Positions 46,313 to 55,277 of a DNA stretch of 64,000 bases are shown in pieces. Position 1 is the first letter of the stretch; each line of letters begins with the position of its first letter. Both the position numbers and the translations under genes were made by a program. The notes under the pieces are model-generated. The model was given only the letters and a program-made list of their open reading frames with translations, ran no database searches and was not told where the DNA came from. Where the stretch lies: the sequence record MK268344.1; one strand, given 5' to 3'.

Positions 46313-46904
46313 GAAAAAACATAAAATGGGTGTATTACACGTTGAGCCACATATTCCAGAACCATATCGTACTGGAAATACTATTGTGGCGAATTGTTAC
46401 GAAAAACGCGAAGAGATTTCTAAAGGTCTAATAGCAATTTGCACTTGCGTAGACTACAAGACCAAGAAGGGACAATTGGTATCTGGATATGTACTTTCCA
46501 TTAAGTACGAACAAACTGCTGAACGTCTTCCAAATACATCTGACCTACTAAACATGACACTGAAAGAAGTAGAGTACTGGTGCTCATCTGAAATTGAAAG
46601 AGAAGAACCAGCATTCGTTAAGAATATGGCACGTCCTGTTTATCAGCGTAAATTTAAAGAAGCACACAAGATTCACCGTACAAAATTAAAGTTAACAATC
46701 AATCCAATTTTGCGTAAAATACAATTTTGGACAAATGAACCATACGTTATCGCATCTAAGTTCAATAACGGTGAATTTGTCTCCTATACTATTCAGCGTG
46801 TAAAATACAGTAAGTACCCAGAACCATCCCGGCGTGAAGTTTATAACTTTGAAGTGAAAAATCCTATACTTAAAACTATTAAACATATTTTTGGAGTGAA
46901 ATAA
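46299..46904 (+). CDS. hypothetical protein
   Basis: TTG start after GGGGAG RBS. Confidence 0.7.
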   Translation: MTDSKKKHKMGVLHVEPHIPEPYRTGNTIVANCYEKREEISKGLIAICTCVDYKTKKGQLVSGYVLSIKYEQTAERLPNTSDLLNMTLKEVEYWCSSEIEREEPAFVKNMARPVYQRKFKEAHKIHRTKLKLTINPILRKIQFWTNEPYVIASKFNNGEFVSYTIQRVKYSKYPEPSRREVYNFEVKNPILKTIKHIFGVK

Positions 46905-48112
46905 TGGCAGAACTAATTAAAGAAGGTCGTAAACTAGTAACCATCCGTAAAATTAATGCTATCGACCCAATTGAGGGTGCAGATATGATTGTGAAAGCTA
47001 CAGTTGATGGATGGGATGTTGTTGTTAAAAAAGGTGAGTTCAATGCTGGTGATTTCTGTGTATTTTTAGAAATTGATTCTTTTGTTCCGGTTGAAACTCC
47101 ACAGTTTGCATTCCTAACTGGTAGTGCGGATAAAATTGATGAAACGGGAGTACGTCGCTTCCGTCTACGCACCCGCAAACTTCGCGGAGTTGTAAGTCAA
47201 GGGCTAGCACTACCAACTTCTCATTTCCAGAATGAACTAGGACTAATTGCGGAATCATTAGAAGTACTAGAAGAATCTCGTGATGGTATTGAGCAATTTC
47301 TAAACGTAACTAAGTATGAACGTCCTGATGAGCGTAATGGTGGGACTGGTGCACAGAAATGTAAGAGTGCTGGGAACTTCCCAATTACCATTCCAAAAAC
47401 TGATGAAGATCGTATTCAGAACGTATTTGGTAAGTTCTCACAAACTATGAAAGGTGTTGGTTTCCGTAAGTCTCTAAAACTAGATGGTTCTAGTCAGACT
47501 ATTGCATTCTTTAACAATCCTGATTTCTTTGTTGAAAAAGTAGATGAAGAAGTACGTGCGTGGAATGAAGAAAAACAAGAACTAGAAATTGTGGAAGTTA
47601 AACCATATCCTTTCCAGTGGGCTGAATCTCAAATTGTGGTATGTTCTCGTAACCTAGCACTAAAATTTGATGCTGAATCTCACTTCTGGAAAGCAGCCCT
47701 AAAAGATGATATCCCTGCTCGCCTTAAAGAGTACTGTGAACGTCATGACCGCCAGCTTGCCCTCCAAGGCGAAGTTATGGGGCCGGGTATTCAAGGCAAC
47801 CGCGAAGAACTAGAAGAACATCAGTTTTATCTATTCCGTGTGTGGGATATTGATAATAAGTGTTTCCTTGACGATGCAGAGTTTCAAGAATTAGCATCAC
47901 TACTAGGCTTGACAACTGTCCCACAAGGTGATATTGTATATTTCTTTGATGAGTATGAGACTATTAAGGATGCACTAGCATCTGCTGAACATGCTTCTAT
48001 CAAACACAAAATCGCTGAAGGTGATGTATATAAGAGCGTAACTAAGGTAAATGGTCAAACTATTCACTTTAAAGTTATCAACAATAAATTCCTTCTAAAA
48101 TGCGAGGACTAA
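46904..48112 (+). CDS. RNA ligase, DRB0094 family
   Basis: N-terminal PIEGADMI..VVVKKG, KLDGS motif I, QGEVMGPGIQGN, EGDVYK, FKVINNKFLLK. Confidence 0.92.
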   Translation: MAELIKEGRKLVTIRKINAIDPIEGADMIVKATVDGWDVVVKKGEFNAGDFCVFLEIDSFVPVETPQFAFLTGSADKIDETGVRRFRLRTRKLRGVVSQGLALPTSHFQNELGLIAESLEVLEESRDGIEQFLNVTKYERPDERNGGTGAQKCKSAGNFPITIPKTDEDRIQNVFGKFSQTMKGVGFRKSLKLDGSSQTIAFFNNPDFFVEKVDEEVRAWNEEKQELEIVEVKPYPFQWAESQIVVCSRNLALKFDAESHFWKAALKDDIPARLKEYCERHDRQLALQGEVMGPGIQGNREELEEHQFYLFRVWDIDNKCFLDDAEFQELASLLGLTTVPQGDIVYFFDEYETIKDALASAEHASIKHKIAEGDVYKSVTKVNGQTIHFKVINNKFLLKCED

Positions 48113-48113
48113 G

Positions 48114-48305
48114 ATGCGTAAACTATTGAATATCTATTGTGCTGGTGCACCAAATTATTTTATCTATGGTGTATCAGAAGATTTGGATACGTATTGCTTG
48201 ATTGATAACCAGTACTGGATTATTGCTTCAATGGATATTTCCCGTGAAGAGTTATCAAAAATGATATTGGTTGATAAAGGACGGATGTGTAACGTTCAAA
48301 ACTAA
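48114..48305 (+). CDS. hypothetical protein
   Basis: GAGGA RBS. Confidence 0.65.
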   Translation: MRKLLNIYCAGAPNYFIYGVSEDLDTYCLIDNQYWIIASMDISREELSKMILVDKGRMCNVQN

Positions 48306-48334
48306 AAAAAATACGCAGTTTGTTTCAAAAACTT

Positions 48335-48363
48335 GGGACAAACTGCTTTTTATGTGCTATAAT
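48335..48363 (+). promoter_or_regulatory. GGGACA-class promoter
   Basis: GGGACA-N17-TATAAT with TGTGC. Confidence 0.8.
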
Positions 48364-48425
48364 TAAATCATTAAGAAATGAGTCAACACTCAAACCTAAT
48401 TATCCATTTCTGAGAGGTAGAATAT

Positions 48426-49943
48426 ATGTCCTTTAAACAAGCAGTTAATAATATGAACGTAAAAGCTGAAGATAACGTGAGTAGCACCGCAAACGGTGCA
48501 GTATCTCTAGCGAGTTCACTAAATCCACTAGTTGATCTATTTGCAATCCTAGGTTCTGTTCGTGGTAAAGACTTTTCTACCTTTGAGAATCTTTTCGAAC
48601 AAGCATATTCTATAAACCGTAAGCTAACGCTACAAATGGTTTTATGGTTACGTGATGTTCGTGGTGGTGCTGGTGAGCGTGAAACCACACGTCAAATCCT
48701 TCGCCATCTAGAAGCAAAACACCCACAAGATTTGATCGATATTATCCCTGTACTTGCAGAGTATGGTCGTTGGGATGATCTATTAATCTTTACTATGCCT
48801 ACTCTAAAAGAGATTGCATATAAAACCATTGCTGAAAATCTAAAAGCTGGTAACGGGCTTTGTGCTAAATGGATGCCTCGCGTATATAAACTCAAAAAGA
48901 GTAAAGATGGTTCTGTAAACAAAGAATCTGTTGCAAACGTTAACCGTATCGCTAACAATCAAATTGCTCGTGAGCTAATGCAGGTGATGGGTCTTAACGA
49001 ACGTCAGTATCGTAAACTACTATCTTCAACTAGTAATACAGTTGAACAAAACATGTGTGCTAAAGATTGGTCTAACATTGAGTACTCACATGTACCTTCT
49101 GTTGCAATGAACCGTTATCGTAATGCATTTATGCGTAACGATGAAGAACGTTTCACTACGTTTGGTCAGAAAGTCGCGAGTGGGGAAGTATCGGTAAATG
49201 CAAGTGCATTATTCCCATATGATATTACGACCAAGATTCGTGGCGAACTTGATCCAGTACTAGTAGGTCAGTGGGATTCTCTACCGGACTATTTGAACGG
49301 AAGTAAAATTCTACCAATGTGTGATACCAGTGGTTCAATGGGTGTTAGTGCAGGTGGTGGTAAAATGTCATGTCTAGATGTGGCAAAATCACTAAGCCTA
49401 TATACGGCTGATAAGCAAAAGGGTGCATTTAAGGATGTATTCTTGACTTTCAGTGAAGAACCAGATTTGTTTGTACTTGAAGGTAATAACATCCATGAGA
49501 AATATCATGACCTTTGTCATTATGAAAATTATGAGTATTGGGGTGGTTCTACTGACATTGGTAAAGCATTTGACAAAGTACTAGAAGTTGCTGTGAAGCA
49601 AAATGTACCACAAGAAGATATGCCAGAGTATCTAATCATTTATAGTGACATGGAGTTCAATGAAACTTATTGTGATGGAAACAATGGTAACTGGAGTGTA
49701 ACCGCACATGAATATGCGAAAGCTAAATTTGCTGCTGCTGGTTATGAACTACCGCATGTTATCTTCTGGAACTTGAATGGGCGTGTTGGAAACAATCCTG
49801 TTCGTTTCGATGAAACAGGAACGGCTATGGTATCCGGGTTCAGTCCTGCTGTACTAAAAGCAATTCTATCTGGTGAGCAAGTAGATCCTGTATCTATTAT
49901 GCTAGCAGCCATTGATGTGCCACGTTACAAGGTCATCGCATAA
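48426..49943 (+). CDS. DUF2828 / TROVE(Ro60)-like protein with vWA domain
   Basis: LRDVRGGAGER, YGRWDDLL, CAKWMPR, MCDTSGSM MIDAS, IYSDMEF, FWNL, SGFSP. Confidence 0.85.
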   Translation: MSFKQAVNNMNVKAEDNVSSTANGAVSLASSLNPLVDLFAILGSVRGKDFSTFENLFEQAYSINRKLTLQMVLWLRDVRGGAGERETTRQILRHLEAKHPQDLIDIIPVLAEYGRWDDLLIFTMPTLKEIAYKTIAENLKAGNGLCAKWMPRVYKLKKSKDGSVNKESVANVNRIANNQIARELMQVMGLNERQYRKLLSSTSNTVEQNMCAKDWSNIEYSHVPSVAMNRYRNAFMRNDEERFTTFGQKVASGEVSVNASALFPYDITTKIRGELDPVLVGQWDSLPDYLNGSKILPMCDTSGSMGVSAGGGKMSCLDVAKSLSLYTADKQKGAFKDVFLTFSEEPDLFVLEGNNIHEKYHDLCHYENYEYWGGSTDIGKAFDKVLEVAVKQNVPQEDMPEYLIIYSDMEFNETYCDGNNGNWSVTAHEYAKAKFAAAGYELPHVIFWNLNGRVGNNPVRFDETGTAMVSGFSPAVLKAILSGEQVDPVSIMLAAIDVPRYKVIA

Positions 49944-49951
49944 GTAATAAC

Positions 49952-49976
49952 AGCCCCATACATTTTGGGGCTTTTT
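49952..49976 (+). terminator. intrinsic terminator
   Basis: AGCCCCA-TACATTT-TGGGGCT plus T run. Confidence 0.8.
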
Positions 49977-49992
49977 CATACAAGGACTAAAT

Positions 49993-50133
49993 ATGAAAAA
50001 TGTACGTAATTTTATCTTCGCTTCGTACCTTAACTTTCAGGTGTCGATGAAATTAAATCCTATTTTAACTGTTGCACTAGGTGCAATGTGTGTGGTATTC
50101 TTGTTCTCAATCTTATCAATATTTGGACTATGA
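49993..50133 (+). CDS. small membrane protein (not in ORF track)
   Basis: AAGGA RBS, 46 aa, C-terminal TM. Confidence 0.6.
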   Translation: MKNVRNFIFASYLNFQVSMKLNPILTVALGAMCVVFLFSILSIFGL

Positions 50134-50134
50134 C

Positions 50135-50551
50135 ATGAAAGAATACATTGAAATTGAGGGTGTAATTCGTTATGATCCTCCACGTGTTGGTATGAAAAAG
50201 AACACGGATTTTTGGTGTATTCTTGAACTACCACACGAACTAGTAAAGTACTACCAGTACTTCGTGAAAACTGATTTACATATCCCACTAGCAGATCCTT
50301 CATGGGGAGCACATGTTAGTATTGTACGTGGAGAAACACCACCAAAACCAGAGTTATGGAAAAAGTATGATGGTAAACGTGTGAAGATACGTTATTATCC
50401 TTATATTCATGTGAAGAAAGATCCGAAGAAAGCTGGATTGTACTGTTTTATTGATTTTGAAGTCCCGTTCTTTCGTAAAATCCGAGCAGAGCTAGGATTA
50501 CAATCAAAATACACTTTCCACTTCACTATAGGAAGAACACATTATGACTGA
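50135..50551 (+). CDS. 2H phosphoesterase-like protein
   Basis: GAHVSIV and TFHFTIG HxS/T motifs. Confidence 0.7.
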   Translation: MKEYIEIEGVIRYDPPRVGMKKNTDFWCILELPHELVKYYQYFVKTDLHIPLADPSWGAHVSIVRGETPPKPELWKKYDGKRVKIRYYPYIHVKKDPKKAGLYCFIDFEVPFFRKIRAELGLQSKYTFHFTIGRTHYD

Positions 50552-51116
50552 GTATCGATACTGCTTGATGTATTCGGGTCAGCCGATTGAAGGTTTTTCG
50601 AGTTCCAACGGATATCCTATCTTTTCAGTACATGATAAGGTAATGCCAACATTATCTTTCACATCATTTGAAAGTGCACAAAGCTGTTTAGAATACATGT
50701 TATTAGAATCATTCAATACATTTACTATTGCTGATTTAGATTATAATAAATTGTCAGTTGGTATGATTGAAGTGAAATTCAATCAAATGTCACATATATC
50801 TGCATTTGATTCTATGTTCAAAAATGCATTGCTCGCAAACAATACAATAGCTTTAGCTAAAATTTTACATAAATGTGTTCAATGTGGGTTTAGAAAAATT
50901 CTACCCATGCATTGCGAACAGTTATTGACAAATCCACAAATATTAGAGATTTACGAAAAGAATGTCCCTTACTATGTGCAACAAAACATGGAAAGGTTCA
51001 TGGATGTTGGAATTAGTACTTGCACTCCAGAAGAGTTTGGTGCTATAATTCTTACAACATCTGATGAGTTGCTTACAGCGATTCAATTAGATAGATATAA
51101 TAAAGTTTCGAAATAG
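50544..51116 (+). CDS. hypothetical protein
   Basis: 190-aa ORF. Confidence 0.75.
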   Translation: MTEYRYCLMYSGQPIEGFSSSNGYPIFSVHDKVMPTLSFTSFESAQSCLEYMLLESFNTFTIADLDYNKLSVGMIEVKFNQMSHISAFDSMFKNALLANNTIALAKILHKCVQCGFRKILPMHCEQLLTNPQILEIYEKNVPYYVQQNMERFMDVGISTCTPEEFGAIILTTSDELLTAIQLDRYNKVSK

Positions 51117-51217
51117 TCATTTGACTAGTGTAGAAAGTCCAAAGAGGCTTTGTGCAGAACTTGGCCTCACTGAGTGTCCAGAATGTACGGAGTTTCCACA
51201 ACAAGAAGGAGAAATCA

Positions 51218-52141
51218 GTGAGAGCGTTACAAGAACTCAAAACTTATGTAATAGTAGGTTTTCTGTTACTTGCCGCTGCTATTGGATTTATTGGTTATAA
51301 CAAAAATGATAGTACACCGTCATCGAATTTAGGTGTACAACAAAAACCACAAGTTATTCAAATTCAAAAGCAACCGCCCGTTACCACATTGCCTATCCAA
51401 AGGGCAACGGTGTATAAGACGGAAAGCAGAAAACAGTATGTTGTACAAAAAGGTGATACCTTTTGGGTAATTGCTCAAAAGAAGAAACCTGATAACGTAG
51501 AAATGTATCCATACATTGACGTGTTTAAAAAAGTCAACAGGGGTATTAAAGTACTACATGTTAATAAAGAAGTACAACTACCAAATGAGAATGATTTGAA
51601 GTCGGTTATTCTACCTGATGTGAAAATTCATTTTGAGATTTTAGATCAAGAAATAATTAACCACATCAAACAAGCTGAGGGTTCTAAAGAATCCCAAGCG
51701 ACATTAAAAAGAAAACTACTAGGTGGGGTTACTGGCCCATCTTACAAGAATTCCAAGTTCTATCCTTACAAGGATATGAAAGGTAACTATACTATTGGGT
51801 ATGGTCACTATCTTGGAAAAAAGGATTCCGATGCAATCAAGTACAAACATGGTATTACTGAACGTGAAGCACAGAGGATGTTAGTAAAAGACATGAAACG
51901 TACTTATGATGACTTCACTTTACTATTGCAACGGAAGAATGCAGTTAACCTATCAAAAGAGCAACAACGTTTATTATATGAAATGGCATTTACTTTAGGT
52001 GTTGACAAATTATCCACTTTCGAAAAGATGTGGACGAGTGTTAAACATGGTAATGATGTTAAATTTAAAAAAGAAATAGAAAATTCTTTGTGGTTCCGTC
52101 AAGTAGGTAAACGTGCACATATATTAGTTGATAATTTGTAA
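51218..52141 (+). CDS. membrane-anchored LysM + T4-type lysozyme
   Basis: GTG after AAGGAG; TM 9-27; YVVQKGDTFWVIA LysM; AEG..YKDMKGNYTIGYGHYL; MAFTLG..SLWFRQVGKRA. Confidence 0.85.
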   Translation: MRALQELKTYVIVGFLLLAAAIGFIGYNKNDSTPSSNLGVQQKPQVIQIQKQPPVTTLPIQRATVYKTESRKQYVVQKGDTFWVIAQKKKPDNVEMYPYIDVFKKVNRGIKVLHVNKEVQLPNENDLKSVILPDVKIHFEILDQEIINHIKQAEGSKESQATLKRKLLGGVTGPSYKNSKFYPYKDMKGNYTIGYGHYLGKKDSDAIKYKHGITEREAQRMLVKDMKRTYDDFTLLLQRKNAVNLSKEQQRLLYEMAFTLGVDKLSTFEKMWTSVKHGNDVKFKKEIENSLWFRQVGKRAHILVDNL

Positions 52142-52145
52142 TAAT

Positions 52146-52168
52146 AGGGATGATCTACATCCCTTTTT
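52146..52168 (+). terminator. intrinsic terminator
   Basis: AGGGATG-ATCTA-CATCCCT plus T run. Confidence 0.8.
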
Positions 52169-52181
52169 AATTGGAGATGAT

Positions 52182-52799
52182 ATGGTTAATGGGTTTGGTA
52201 TATATGATGGTGATTATGTTGGTAAAAACACCACAAATAAAATATATCAAGTATGGAGAAGTATGATAAAACGTTGCTATTCTAAAAACGTAACAGAATC
52301 ATACAAAAACACAACAATACACGATGAATGGAAATATTATTCATCTTTTGAAAAATGGTATAATAATAACTATAAAGAAAATTATTCATTAGACAAAGAT
52401 ATAATAGGTGGTGAATTAAATCAATATTCATCAAGAACTTGTGCATTTGTGCCAAGAGAAGTAAACAATTGCATTTTAGATAGCAACACTATTGGTAGTA
52501 AATATCCAATTGGCGTGTCATATCATAAAAAAAGAAAAGATATGATTAATGAATATGCTAAACCATATTATTCACAGATAACAAAATATAATAAAAGAAT
52601 TTTTCTTGGTTCGTATTCTACTCCAGAAGAAGCTCATAGAGCATGGCAATATGCTAAAAAAGAATACATTGAAGAAATTATCACAAAATATTACAATGAT
52701 GTTAGTTCGGAAATCATAGAAGGTTTGAAACGAAGAATAAAAATACTTGATAATGATATAAAATGTGGTAATATAACCAAAACGGTTAATAAAATTTAA
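52182..52799 (+). mobile_element. free-standing HNH/AP2-type homing endonuclease gene
   Basis: YQVWRSMIKRCY, LDKDI, CAFVPREVN, FLGSYSTPEEAHRAW; very AT-rich. Confidence 0.75.
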
Positions 52800-52810
52800 A
52801 GGAGTTGTGT

Positions 52811-53131
52811 ATGATTAATATTCAAGGTATCAATTTAGATGTGACTGACGCATTACGTGAACATGTTGAGCACTGTGCTGCTAAATTGAATAAATTCAAC
52901 ACAAAAAACGACCTTAACCTTAAAGTCAATCTTACTGTAACGGCTAAAGATACATTTGATGTTGATGTAATCGTTGTTGGTAAGAGCATCACTGGTAGTG
53001 CAGCAAGTGATAATATGTATGATGCTATCACCGTAGCTTTTGAGAACGTAGAAACTATTCTATCCCGGCACAAAGGTAAAGAACTAGCGAAACGTCATCA
53101 AAAAATTGACTTGACAGAATCTGACGAGTAA
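52811..53131 (+). CDS. hpf: ribosome hibernation promoting factor (HPF/RaiA family)
   Basis: INIQGINLDVTDALREHV..KL..SDNMYDAI..L.RHKGK. Confidence 0.85.
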   Translation: MINIQGINLDVTDALREHVEHCAAKLNKFNTKNDLNLKVNLTVTAKDTFDVDVIVVGKSITGSAASDNMYDAITVAFENVETILSRHKGKELAKRHQKIDLTESDE

Positions 53132-53139
53132 CGTATAAT
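53111..53139 (+). promoter_or_regulatory. sigma70-type promoter
   Basis: TTGACA-N17-TATAAT perfect consensus. Confidence 0.85.
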
Positions 53140-53169
53140 AAAGGACATTCAAATGAGTGTCCTTTTTTT
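53140..53169 (+). terminator. intrinsic terminator
   Basis: AAAGGACATTCA-AA-TGAGTGTCCTTT plus T run. Confidence 0.8.
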
Positions 53170-53181
53170 ATTGGAGATACC

Positions 53182-53592
53182 ATGAAAGACGATTTGATCA
53201 TTGTACTAGAAGATATTAAGCAAAGTGAAGTAAAAGGAATAGAACATGGATGGAAAAGGTTATCAGACCATGTAACGGTAGCCTATTATCATCCTAGTAC
53301 TGTATTTTTGTTTTCTTTTGTTTATCAGGATAACGAAGCCACATATAAAGATCAATTTCGTGTATATAAAAAGAAAATTATCTATACGAACTATATAATT
53401 GATAATCGTCAAGTGCCGTTTACAACAAAATGCAAAGAAGTTCATATTCGCAATAATATAAAGAGTGAAGAAGAGTACTTTCAAGAAAGTACATTATACG
53501 ATTTGAATGGAATAGTTTACGATGATTACATTTATATCCAACAAATATCAGATGAAATTAGTAAATGGATGGGAGATTTGTGGAATGATTGA
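53182..53592 (+). CDS. hypothetical protein, EEEYFxxSTxxDL family
   Basis: SEEEYFQESTLYDL. Confidence 0.8.
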   Translation: MKDDLIIVLEDIKQSEVKGIEHGWKRLSDHVTVAYYHPSTVFLFSFVYQDNEATYKDQFRVYKKKIIYTNYIIDNRQVPFTTKCKEVHIRNNIKSEEEYFQESTLYDLNGIVYDDYIYIQQISDEISKWMGDLWND

Positions 53593-53992
53593 TAACAAAA
53601 ACATACAATCAGTACTTACCCATCTTCAGAATAATGATCTTTTGTATAATGCTGATGATTGGGAAAAAACCAATAGTTTAACAGAAGTATATGTAAACAC
53701 CTTTGCACATAGAATTACCATAAACATTCATGTACCTGATGATAATACTTTAAAGGGAATTGCATTTTATTTGTTTAAAAACAAATTTGTATATATCTCT
53801 TACTATAACATTGATACAGCCACTTTGAAATGTGAAAAATCAAGAGACGTATCGATCCGTTCTGACATTGAAACTGAGGAAGAATTTTTCCAAGAGTCTT
53901 GTATTTCTGATTTAAATGATTTAGAATATTCAAACTATAAACTCCTTCGTGAAATAATTGATATGAACGAAGATTTTTTATGGAGTTCCTGA
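53585..53992 (+). CDS. hypothetical protein, EEEYFxxSTxxDL family
   Basis: TEEEFFQESCISDL; GGAG RBS before ATG 53585. Confidence 0.8.
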   Translation: MIDNKNIQSVLTHLQNNDLLYNADDWEKTNSLTEVYVNTFAHRITINIHVPDDNTLKGIAFYLFKNKFVYISYYNIDTATLKCEKSRDVSIRSDIETEEEFFQESCISDLNDLEYSNYKLLREIIDMNEDFLWSS

Positions 53993-53993
53993 T

Positions 53994-54146
53994 ATGATAC
54001 ATGTACTAGAAGAAGATTGGGGTGTCAGCGATGATGATTTACGTCCAGACCGACGAACGGAATGGAATGAAGATGAATTGCGTGACCATCGTTCTTTATG
54101 GGAACGTGTAATAGATTGGTTAAATCAAAAATTCTAATAGGAGTTA
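53994..54146 (+). CDS. small acidic protein (not in ORF track)
   Basis: GGAG RBS, 50 aa. Confidence 0.6.
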
Positions 54147-54148
54147 AA

Positions 54149-55273
54149 ATGAAAAAATATATTGTAGGTGGTTTCTGCCGTGATAAACTACTTGGTCTAA
54201 AGCCTAAAGATAAAGATTATGTATTAGTTGGTGCTAATCAGAAAGATATCGACTATCTCATTTCACAAGGCTACGAACAAGTAGGTGCTGATTTCCCTGT
54301 GTTCCTGTCTCCACAAGGTGATGAGTATGCTCTCGCACGTGTAGAACGTAAATCAGGTTCAGGTTACAAGGGTTTCACTGTTGAAACCGAAGGAGTAACT
54401 ATTGAGCAAGATCTATTTCGTCGTGATTTGACAATTAACGCAATTGCATACGATCCAGTATTCCAGAAACACGTTGACCCATACAATGGCAAGACTGACC
54501 TAGCAAACAAAGTACTACGTCATGTTAGTGAACACTTTGCGGAAGACCCACTTCGTGTACTTCGTCTCGCACGGTTTGCTACACGTTATAGTGATTTTAC
54601 TATTCATGAAAGTACAGAAGAAATGGTACGTAATATGGTATCCAGTGGTGATATTGATTCTCTAACACCAGAGCGTGTGTATGTAGAATTTGAAAAAGCA
54701 TTTACTGAACGTCTTCCTAGTACTTTCATCTTTCATCTTAAAGCGTGGGGTGCTATTAAACGCCTCCTACCGGGTTTGGAGCGTTTTTCTAAGGCAGACG
54801 GGGAAACCATCAATAAATTTGCTACGTTAAGCACAGAGGCTTACACAGCGGATTTCATGTGGTCTTACCTACTAAGTCTAACCACGGCTGAGATCAAGAA
54901 AGATTACACTGTCGGTCAGATTAAACTACCTGCACGTTTTGTGAAGTTTCATAATTTCATTAAAACGCATGAAGAAAGTATTAAAAACTTCAGGAAGAAA
55001 ACACCAGAACAGATGGTAGATATTCTTTCTAAGATGAATATTCATAATAACGGCGGTGAAGCATTCCTATACAAAGTACTTGAATACTTTAATATTCAGC
55101 GTGAAACTGATGGTGAATTAGAAGACCTAATTGTTAAAGTTTATGATCGTTATGAAAATACGGTTATTGGTGATATTGATGCAATGGTCAAAGACGGCTT
55201 ACTAGAGCCTAAAGAAATACGTTCCTACGTAGCAAACTTGCGTACTGTTGAGGTTGCAAAAATGTTCGCATAA
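54149..55273 (+). CDS. cca: tRNA nucleotidyltransferase (CCA-adding enzyme)
   Basis: VGGFCRDKLLG..KDKDY, DLFRRDLTINAIA, EDPLRVLRLARFA, LTPERV. Confidence 0.93.
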   Translation: MKKYIVGGFCRDKLLGLKPKDKDYVLVGANQKDIDYLISQGYEQVGADFPVFLSPQGDEYALARVERKSGSGYKGFTVETEGVTIEQDLFRRDLTINAIAYDPVFQKHVDPYNGKTDLANKVLRHVSEHFAEDPLRVLRLARFATRYSDFTIHESTEEMVRNMVSSGDIDSLTPERVYVEFEKAFTERLPSTFIFHLKAWGAIKRLLPGLERFSKADGETINKFATLSTEAYTADFMWSYLLSLTTAEIKKDYTVGQIKLPARFVKFHNFIKTHEESIKNFRKKTPEQMVDILSKMNIHNNGGEAFLYKVLEYFNIQRETDGELEDLIVKVYDRYENTVIGDIDAMVKDGLLEPKEIRSYVANLRTVEVAKMFA

Positions 55274-55277
55274 ATCT

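Noticed and set aside
46299-46327. TTGACA-N17-TAAAAT apparent promoter (a bare TTGACA also occurs at 57098)
   Set aside because: The TTG follows an RBS and is in frame, so it is better explained as a start codon
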